A DNA stretch of 32,000 bases from Nitrosopumilaceae archaeon (GTDB lineage Archaea > Thermoproteota > Nitrososphaeria > Nitrososphaerales > Nitrosopumilaceae), in NCBI GenBank assembly GCA_035527875.1, contig DATKZR010000052.1, forward strand, positions 6,431 to 38,430, in the 5' to 3' direction. Both the position numbers and the translations under genes were made by a program. Shown here piece after piece: positions 17,238 to 23,516 of this stretch; position 1 is the first letter of the stretch; the number at the start of each line of letters is the position of its first letter. The notes under the pieces are model-generated. The model was not told where the DNA came from and searched no databases. It saw only the letters and a program-made list of their open reading frames with translations.

Positions 17238-18086
17238 TTAATACATTTCTTTATACTTTAATTTTAGTTGTTCGTGAGGTATAACATCAGAAAAAGCCGT
17301 TACCACATCTGTTTTACTTACTAAACCAACTAAATTTTGATTTGAATCTAATACGGGAATTCCACTAATTTTGCGCTTTATCATTAAACTCGCTGCTTTT
17401 GCCAAGTCCTCATTCTCTTCTATAGTTACAAGATTTTCTTCAAGCAAATCATCAACAATTACTTCTTTATTTAATGGAAGTAAATAATCTCGAGAACGGG
17501 TATTGCCTTTTGTAAAATAATCACTATGGGTCAACAAGGTATTTGTTGTAATTAGCCCAACAACTACTCCATTTTCATCAGTTACTACCAATCTTGAAAC
17601 TTTATTCTGATTAATTAACCTTAATGCAAATTTTAAAGAATCAGATTTTCTACATGTAACTATTTTTGAACTCATGAAATCTTTTACAAGATATTTTTCA
17701 CCAAAAATATTGGCATATGATTTTACAATATCTGTTCTTGAAATTATTCCTGATAAGTCTCCATTTTTATCTACTAGGATTACTGATCCAATTTTTAAAT
17801 TCTTCATTTTTGAAGAACATTGATAAAAATCATCTTCAAATCCATCGGTAATTAAAACAACATTTTTTTGCATAAGATGTTTTACAGGTATCTCATCAAT
17901 TGCCCTAGCTGTTTTATCTTCTTCAAGAAATTTATTGATATCACGTTCTGTAATGATTCCCAAAGGTTTAGCACCATCTGTAATCACTAGTCGTTTTACA
18001 AATTTAGCTTGCATTTTTTCCAATGCCTCAAAAACTGATGAATCTGGATTTATGGAAAAAACAGGAGTAGAATATAGTTTTTCCAT
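17238..18086 (-). CDS. CBS-domain protein (two CBS pairs), paralog of 20717-21544
   Basis: Four repeats of the CBS pattern, e.g. KPLGIITERDINKFL, LSGIISRTDIVKSY, VVGLITTNTLL and LVGLVSKTDVVTAF. No other domain. Confidence 0.85.
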   Translation of the reverse strand: MEKLYSTPVFSINPDSSVFEALEKMQAKFVKRLVITDGAKPLGIITERDINKFLEEDKTARAIDEIPVKHLMQKNVVLITDGFEDDFYQCSSKMKNLKIGSVILVDKNGDLSGIISRTDIVKSYANIFGEKYLVKDFMSSKIVTCRKSDSLKFALRLINQNKVSRLVVTDENGVVVGLITTNTLLTHSDYFTKGNTRSRDYLLPLNKEVIVDDLLEENLVTIEENEDLAKAASLMIKRKISGIPVLDSNQNLVGLVSKTDVVTAFSDVIPHEQLKLKYKEMY

Positions 18087-18130
18087 AAATTTATAGCCAA
18101 TTTTTTGATTTAAAACGGATCATTGATTCT

Positions 18131-18153
18131 CAAATTTGGTTTCGATAAAAAGA
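18131..18153 (-). promoter_or_regulatory. Conserved promoter/operator block, copy 1 (TATA box plus CAAATTTG palindrome) upstream of the CBS gene
   Basis: CAAATTTGGTTTCGATAAAAAGA matches 22 of 23 nt of 21551-21573. Read on the minus strand it is TCTTTTTATCGAAACCAAATTTG, a TATA-like element followed by an 8-bp palindrome. Confidence 0.55.
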
Positions 18154-18166
18154 AGAAAATAATTTT

Positions 18167-18499
18167 TTAGGAGATATTAGGCACGACTTCAATCTCTACA
18201 TCGCTACCGTTAAACGATGTAGCAATGGCTTTTACTTTACTCTTGTAGAGAAAGTATTTTTTACCATCATCACTGATGGATCCTGAAATCCCTAAAAGTT
18301 TGTTATCATGGAGAGTCTGTAATCTTCTATATACAGTACTGATGGGAATTTTAGTCTCAGCACTTATCTCCATAGCAGATTTTGGCTTTTCCATACAAAT
18401 CTCTAAAATGCCTCGACAATACTTGTCAGACATTACCTCAAGTATTGCATCTTTTCTTGAGTCATCCTCGATTTTCCTTCCTGAAATTAAGGCTTGCAT
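18167..18499 (-). CDS. Winged helix-turn-helix transcriptional regulator, ArsR/SmtB-like
   Basis: CRGILEICMEKPKSAMEISAETKIPISTVYRRLQTLHDNKLL is the typical ArsR-type HTH region. 110 aa. Confidence 0.75.
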   Translation of the reverse strand: MQALISGRKIEDDSRKDAILEVMSDKYCRGILEICMEKPKSAMEISAETKIPISTVYRRLQTLHDNKLLGISGSISDDGKKYFLYKSKVKAIATSFNGSDVEIEVVPNIS

Positions 18500-18536
18500 G
18501 GGTAAACTATGCCATTTTTAGATTTAATAGATCAGT

Positions 18537-18556
18537 ATACACTGCAATACACTGCA
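18537..18556. repeat. Perfect tandem 10-mer ATACACTGCA x2 in the arsR-usp divergent intergenic region
   Basis: ATACACTGCAATACACTGCA read directly from the sequence. It lies 38 nt upstream of the arsR ATG (18499). Confidence 0.9.
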
Positions 18557-18576
18557 CTAGAAAGGATAATCTATGT

Positions 18577-18589
18577 CTAGAATTTCTAG
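18577..18589. promoter_or_regulatory. 13-bp palindrome CTAGAA-T-TTCTAG, candidate operator
   Basis: A perfect inverted repeat with a 1-nt spacer. A third CTAGAA half-site sits at 18557-18562. The palindrome lies just upstream of the TATA-like CTTTAAATT (18596-18604) of the USP gene. Confidence 0.4.
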
Positions 18590-18595
18590 TATGAG

Positions 18596-18604
18596 CTTTA
18601 AATT
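18596..18604 (+). promoter_or_regulatory. TATA-like box for USP gene 18628-19062
   Basis: CTTTAAATT is centred about 28 nt upstream of ATG 18628. USP paralog 2 shows the same TATA-to-ATG spacing. Confidence 0.4.
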
Positions 18605-18627
18605 GGACATTATTGTCATTTTCCCTA

Positions 18628-19062
18628 ATGTTATTCAAAAATATTCTAGTACCTTTTGATCTTTCTAGTCCATCTCATCATGCCTTCAAGATAGCACTAG
18701 ATATAGCACAAAAATATGACTCTAAAATTACTCTAATAACCTGTATCGAGCGAGACACTTGGCGCCATTATTTTTATGATGCCCGAGCTGATAACAAGTT
18801 GTTAAAACAGCAAAAAAAAGTCGCTGAAAAATATATGGAGAAGCTAGAAGCTGCGGCTAACAAGGTGGGAGTAAATATAAAATTACAGATTTTAAATTCC
18901 ACATCTGTCGTTAAGGATATTACAACATTTGCAAAATCAAAAAAGATGGATTTAGTTGTTATAAGTTCTCATGGTAGAACAGGTTTTGACAAGTTAATGC
19001 TTGGTAGCGTTGCAAACGGTGTTGTTCAAAGAACCAGCTGTCCAGTACTTTTAATAAAATAA
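18628..19062 (+). CDS. Universal stress protein (UspA family)
   Basis: MLFKNILVPFDLS... and C-terminal VVISSHGRTGFDKLMLGSVANGVVQRTSCPVLLIK (SxxG-x9-GS nucleotide-binding motif). ATG 18628 is preferred over the track's TTG 18613 on TATA spacing and on alignment with paralog MAKFNKILVPLDGS. Confidence 0.85.
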   Translation: MLFKNILVPFDLSSPSHHAFKIALDIAQKYDSKITLITCIERDTWRHYFYDARADNKLLKQQKKVAEKYMEKLEAAANKVGVNIKLQILNSTSVVKDITTFAKSKKMDLVVISSHGRTGFDKLMLGSVANGVVQRTSCPVLLIK

Positions 19063-19078
19063 ATGAGATGAGATTTAG

Positions 19079-19981
19079 CTGATCTCAATTATAGGAAGTG
19101 GTTTGGTTGGTTCCTCAATTGCATTTCTTTGTGCCTCAAATTCCTTAGATGATATTATTTTACTTAACCGTACCAAAAGTAAGGCACTAGGAGAAGCTCT
19201 AGATATTTCAAATGCAATTCCAAAAAATTCTGACATTACTATTCGTGGTACTGATGATTATTCAGAAATAAAAAATTCTAACATAGTCGTTATTACTGCA
19301 AGTATGGGAATTTATTTGAAAAATAGGAATGAATTGATTGATGCCCAAGTTAAAATGATAAAAGAAATTGGGAAAAAAATAAAGAAATATTGTCCTACCT
19401 CAATAATTTTGATAATTTCAAATCCAATTGATGTTCTGACATATTTCTTTCAAAAGGAAACTAATTTCTCTAGAACTAGTGTAATAGGGATTGCCTCCAG
19501 TTTGGACTCGAGTAGATTTAGATATTTTCTTTCAAGAGAACTTGGAGTTAAACAATCTCAAATATCTGATGCATTCGTATTGGGAGAACATGGAGATTCA
19601 ATGGTCCCAATATTCTCAAAGGCCAAAATTAAAGGGCAAAATGTGCTTGAAATAATTGATTCTAAACAAAAAGAGGATATTTCAAGGAAAATTAAAGATT
19701 ATTGGAAATCTCTGAGAAATTTCAAAAGCAGATCCCAATTTGGTATTGCAAAAATTACATATGATATAATTGAATCAATTATTAAAAATCAAACTATATT
19801 CATTCCTGCATCTATTTTACTTGAAGGAGAATTTGGTGAAAAAGATGTTTGTATGGGAGTTCCTATAAAAATTACATCTGAGGGAAAAATCGAAATTCAA
19901 TCAATCGATTTCGATAATTCTGAACAGGAATTATTCAAAATATCGGCTCAAAAAATTCGAGATAACATAAAATCTGTCTAG
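19079..19981 (+). CDS. LDH/MDH-family 2-hydroxyacid dehydrogenase, divergent; start codon non-canonical or damaged
   Basis: Rossmann motif ISIIGSGLVGSS, catalytic LDSSRFRYF and GEHGDSMVP (Asp/Arg/His). The track start (TTG 19103) falls inside the GxGxxG motif. The reading frame is open only back to the TAG at 19076-19078, leaving CTG 19079, ATC 19082, ATT 19088 or ATA 19091 as possible starts. Confidence 0.75.
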   Translation: MISIIGSGLVGSSIAFLCASNSLDDIILLNRTKSKALGEALDISNAIPKNSDITIRGTDDYSEIKNSNIVVITASMGIYLKNRNELIDAQVKMIKEIGKKIKKYCPTSIILIISNPIDVLTYFFQKETNFSRTSVIGIASSLDSSRFRYFLSRELGVKQSQISDAFVLGEHGDSMVPIFSKAKIKGQNVLEIIDSKQKEDISRKIKDYWKSLRNFKSRSQFGIAKITYDIIESIIKNQTIFIPASILLEGEFGEKDVCMGVPIKITSEGKIEIQSIDFDNSEQELFKISAQKIRDNIKSV

Positions 19982-19984
19982 AAA

Positions 19985-20668
19985 TTACTGGACTAGGAAA
20001 TTTAATCCATATCCTATCAAATATGCTACCATAGCTGCAGTTCCTCCAATAATTAGCGTATAAAGCCCAGATTTTATTTTTGATTTTTTAACAATCTTTC
20101 CTTTGATTATTCCAACTAGAAAAAATGCTGATACTACAAATATTATGGAATAAATAAAAGCATCAGAATTGGGATCAATTCCCATTGAAATGAATATCAT
20201 AAATGGTAATAGCGGAATTAACCCAATCAAGTTAAATCCAACAAATGTGCTAATTGAACTATCTATAGGACGTTTGTCATCTTCTATTAATCCTAATTCT
20301 TCTTTCATCATTGTATCGACCCAAACTTTCCGTCTTGATGTAATTATTCGAACTATTTCTTCAAGTAACTCATCTTTGAATCCTTTTTTGGTATAGATTT
20401 CCCTAATCTCATCTTTTTCTTGTTCTTCTAAATTCTCAATTTCCCATTCTTCCTGTTTACGTTTCATTTCGATGTATTCATTTCTGGTCTTTGAAGCCTG
20501 ATAATTTGCAGCAGCCATTGAAAAGCCGTCTGCAAACAAGTTGGCAAAACCTAGAATTAAAATTATTCCTGGAGATAAGGAAGCTCCCACCACACCTGCT
20601 ACAATTGCAAAAGTTGTAACTGCCCCATCAATTGACCCATAAATAAAATCATCAAAATGCCATTTCAT
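19985..20668 (-). CDS. VIT1/CCC1-family iron/manganese transporter
   Basis: N-terminal FIYGSIDGAVTTFAIVAGVVGA, a central Glu-rich cytoplasmic metal-binding region (KRKQEEWEIENLEEQEKDEIREIY) and C-terminal TM helices. Confidence 0.85.
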   Translation of the reverse strand: MKWHFDDFIYGSIDGAVTTFAIVAGVVGASLSPGIILILGFANLFADGFSMAAANYQASKTRNEYIEMKRKQEEWEIENLEEQEKDEIREIYTKKGFKDELLEEIVRIITSRRKVWVDTMMKEELGLIEDDKRPIDSSISTFVGFNLIGLIPLLPFMIFISMGIDPNSDAFIYSIIFVVSAFFLVGIIKGKIVKKSKIKSGLYTLIIGGTAAMVAYLIGYGLNFLVQ

Positions 20669-20716
20669 GATTATAAATTATAATTTTTTCTTGATAAATA
20701 TATTCTCAAAAATTTT

Positions 20717-21544
20717 TCAATCAACAATAGCCTTTATGATGTCTGTCTTACTGATAATTCCTGCGATAGACCCATTTCCATCCAATACAACCAATCCACT
20801 GACATTATTTTCTAAAATTAACTTACACGCATCTGATATCTTTTCATTAAATTTTATTGAAACAATACCCTTCGTCATCACTTCTCTAGCTAAGGAAATA
20901 TTTCCAAATCCTTCTTCGGAAAGAAACCCCTTTCTGATTTGATCTGAAATCGTAAATCCTGAGTCATCTTCCTCACTTCCCAACTCAACTGATATTCTAA
21001 ATAAATCTCTAAATGAAATAATACCTATGGGTTCTTCATTTTGATTTTTTACAATTATTCTTGATACCTTATTTTCAAGCATCTTTCTTACTACTTTGAA
21101 TAACGGTGCAGCAGAATGAGTATACACATAGTTAGGTGTCATATAATCAACTACTTTTTTCTCTGTGGAATTTTCTAGATAATATTTCACAAGATCCGTT
21201 TTAGTAAATATTCCCTTGATATTTTCTTTTGAGCCAATTGTAAGCGAACTTGTTCCTTTTTCAATCATGATTTTTGCCGATTCTTTTGGGGTTAATCCCT
21301 CATCCACAAATAATATTGGTTTCATTATCTTACTTATTGGAATTTCATCTAATCCTTGTTTGGAGGTCTCTGAAAAAAGGAATAATCCAACGTCTTTTTC
21401 GGTGATAATTCCCACCGGCTTTCCATTTTCTACTACAATTAACCTGCTTAGTTTAGATTCTAATAATTTTTTGATGATATCTGATATCGTTGAATTTTTT
21501 AGAATGGTAATTGGTTTGTTACTTATTTCATTAATTGACAACAA
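20717..21544 (-). CDS. CBS-domain protein (two CBS pairs), paralog of 17238-18086
   Basis: KPVGIITEKDVGLFL, IKGIFTKTDLVKYY, PIGIISFRDLFRI and IAGIISKTDIIKAI. It aligns along its length with the other CBS protein. TTG start at 21544 or 21541; there is no in-frame ATG for about 70 codons. Confidence 0.85.
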   Translation of the reverse strand: MLSINEISNKPITILKNSTISDIIKKLLESKLSRLIVVENGKPVGIITEKDVGLFLFSETSKQGLDEIPISKIMKPILFVDEGLTPKESAKIMIEKGTSSLTIGSKENIKGIFTKTDLVKYYLENSTEKKVVDYMTPNYVYTHSAAPLFKVVRKMLENKVSRIIVKNQNEEPIGIISFRDLFRISVELGSEEDDSGFTISDQIRKGFLSEEGFGNISLAREVMTKGIVSIKFNEKISDACKLILENNVSGLVVLDGNGSIAGIISKTDIIKAIVD

Positions 21545-21550
21545 CTAACC

Positions 21551-21573
21551 CAAATTTGGTTTCTATAAAAAGA
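21551..21573 (-). promoter_or_regulatory. Conserved promoter/operator block, copy 2 (TATA box plus CCAAATTTGG palindrome)
   Basis: CAAATTTGGTTTCTATAAAAAGA. The minus-strand TTTTTATA core is centred about 24 nt upstream of TTG 21544, which implies a leaderless mRNA. The 10-bp perfect palindrome CCAAATTTGG lies between the TATA box and the start. Confidence 0.55.
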
Positions 21574-21649
21574 TCAGATATAATTTTCATTCTTGAATGT
21601 AAATTCAATTTTTTCCAGACTTAAAATTTCAAAGTTGGAAATCATAGTC

Positions 21650-21660
21650 TTTTTATATAT
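21650..21660 (+). promoter_or_regulatory. TATA-like box for USP gene 21683-22105
   Basis: TTTTTATATAT is centred about 28 nt upstream of ATG 21683. Confidence 0.45.
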
Positions 21661-21682
21661 TTGAAGAATCAGTAGTACTATT

Positions 21683-22105
21683 ATGGCGAAATTCAACAAA
21701 ATCCTTGTACCACTTGATGGTTCTAACAACTCCACTAGAGGATTAGATCGAGCTATCGAAATTGCAAGAGAAAGTAAAGCCGAAATAACTGGATTTTATG
21801 TATTTCATTTGCCACTCTTAGCAGGGATAAAGTATTCTCAAAAAATGAAAGATGAGGCTCAGAAAAAAGCCATCAAAGCCATTGGACCTGCAATGAAACG
21901 TGCTCAACAAGCAGGAGCTTCATTCAAGTACAAAACTGGAGGTGGACATACAGGCTCTGAGATTGTTAAATTTGCTCAAAAGGGAAAATATGACATGATC
22001 ATTATTGGAGCAAGAGGAATGGGCGGTGCTAAAGAAGCCTTCCTTGGTAGTACCTCTAATTATGTAATGCATAAAACAAAGATTCCTGTTTTAGTGGTAA
22101 AGTAA
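21683..22105 (+). CDS. Universal stress protein (UspA family)
   Basis: MAKFNKILVPLDGS and IIIGARGMGGAKEAFLGSTSNYVMHKTKIPVLVVK, a complete G-x2-G-x9-G-S ATP-binding motif. Confidence 0.9.
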   Translation: MAKFNKILVPLDGSNNSTRGLDRAIEIARESKAEITGFYVFHLPLLAGIKYSQKMKDEAQKKAIKAIGPAMKRAQQAGASFKYKTGGGHTGSEIVKFAQKGKYDMIIIGARGMGGAKEAFLGSTSNYVMHKTKIPVLVVK

Positions 22106-22109
22106 ACAC

Positions 22110-22129
22110 TGGGATATCCCACAATTTTT
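22110..22129 (+). terminator. Possible terminator: 12-bp palindrome plus T-run after the USP gene
   Basis: TGGGATATCCCA (22110-22121) followed by CAATTTTT, starting 5 nt after the stop codon. Confidence 0.35.
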
Positions 22130-22275
22130 CAAGAATTTTATTAGTGATTAGTATTTTAAGAATAAATCCAAAATAATAAAAAAACTGTTCATTAAATTTA
22201 GTATCCTTCATATTTTGTATATAAAAAAGATAGAAGTATAGTTATGATTAGATTAAACAAAAATCTGTGGTATAC

Positions 22276-23406
22276 ATGGTAGAAAATAACTATGACATAT
22301 TAGGAATTATGGAGGGTTCTACACAAAAAGAAATCCGAAATGGATTTAGACGATTAGCTCTTCAATTTCACTCTGACAGGGGAGGAGAAAATGAACAATT
22401 TATAAAAATCAAACAAGCTTATGAAGATCTAAAAATAGGTAAAAAATATCCTGATACAGATATCGAAAAATTAAGAAAATCTAGAGTATTCTCCGGTGAT
22501 TCCGAAGAGGATATTAGAAGAAAGAATAGGATTTTAGGCCTCGAATTATCAAAAGAAATGCAAACAGCTAAAGAATGGGCAGCTGCCTTGAATAGAGCCA
22601 ATACCTCTGCTTCAAGATTATTCGGATCAAAAACTCTAGGAGAAATAGAACTGGAACGAAAAGCCAATGGGGCACTTTCCATTAAAGGAAATTTTATGGC
22701 AGGAGAACTATCTTATGACGGACCTATCATAATGCAAGGAAGCGTTACAAGTCCCTCATGGACAGAAGAATTTAGGAGCAAAATACACCTCACAAAGGGT
22801 GATTTCAAATTTGTTGATCCGATGGAAAACAAGTACAAAATTGAAAACGGTGCAAAAATAGTAGTAGATAATGGAAATGCGGTGGTAGGAAATATTTATG
22901 GAAGAAAATACAAATTACAAGATCCCGAAGGTCGAGTTGGAATATATCTTACTCAAGAAAATAGGACACAAATTTTAGCTCCAAAGGGAAAAATTATTGC
23001 CGAAAATGCAGTAGATACAGTCTCACTCGAAGCAGATACGATAATTGCTCTAAATCTTGAGGATGATGTCCAAATAAGTGCCAGGGAAATTTTACTATAT
23101 GGCAACAAAGTAACCTATGATGTAATAATTAATTTAAAAAAAGATGGAATGATTCGATTCTTTGAGGATTTTTCTGTACAGGGAATCAGTAATGATGCAA
23201 AAATTAGATTAGAAAATGGTAAGGAAATTCGATTATTTGACATTAAAACCAAAAAGATAAGGGATTTAGCTGATGAATTCTTACCCAGCCAAAATAATTA
23301 CGATAAAGATGACACGATGATAGGAAAGGGATTTACCATTACATACCAAATGCTGGAAAATCTAGGAAAAAAACCAAGCAAATCCAGATGGAGAATTGGT
23401 TTTTGA
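22276..23406 (+). CDS. J-domain protein with HSD in place of HPD and a roughly 300-aa C-terminal region of unknown function
   Basis: NYDILGIMEGSTQKEIRNGFRRLALQFHSDRGGENEQFIKIKQAYEDL follows the J-domain helix II-loop-helix III consensus, except that Ser (TCT, 22372-22374) replaces Pro. An alternative start is GTG 22267. Confidence 0.7.
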   Translation: MVENNYDILGIMEGSTQKEIRNGFRRLALQFHSDRGGENEQFIKIKQAYEDLKIGKKYPDTDIEKLRKSRVFSGDSEEDIRRKNRILGLELSKEMQTAKEWAAALNRANTSASRLFGSKTLGEIELERKANGALSIKGNFMAGELSYDGPIIMQGSVTSPSWTEEFRSKIHLTKGDFKFVDPMENKYKIENGAKIVVDNGNAVVGNIYGRKYKLQDPEGRVGIYLTQENRTQILAPKGKIIAENAVDTVSLEADTIIALNLEDDVQISAREILLYGNKVTYDVIINLKKDGMIRFFEDFSVQGISNDAKIRLENGKEIRLFDIKTKKIRDLADEFLPSQNNYDKDDTMIGKGFTITYQMLENLGKKPSKSRWRIGF

Positions 23407-23516
23407 TCTTTAATTTAGGAATTTTCATGCCTGTCTAACAATTTTATAATTTCATCAGGCAATTTAATCTTCTAATCAAAGAATTGATATTCATATAAAA
23501 TCAAGAGAGAATCGAG

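Noticed and set aside
22244-22282. A 12-codon mini-ORF (MIRLNKNLWYTW*) starting about 25 nt downstream of a strong TATATAAAAAA box and overlapping the J-domain gene start. It is analogous to the mini-ORF upstream of CBS gene 1.
   Set aside because: It could be a leaderless uORF, but the evidence is only positional. Two short AT-rich ORFs near promoters are easily coincidental, so it is not reported as a feature.
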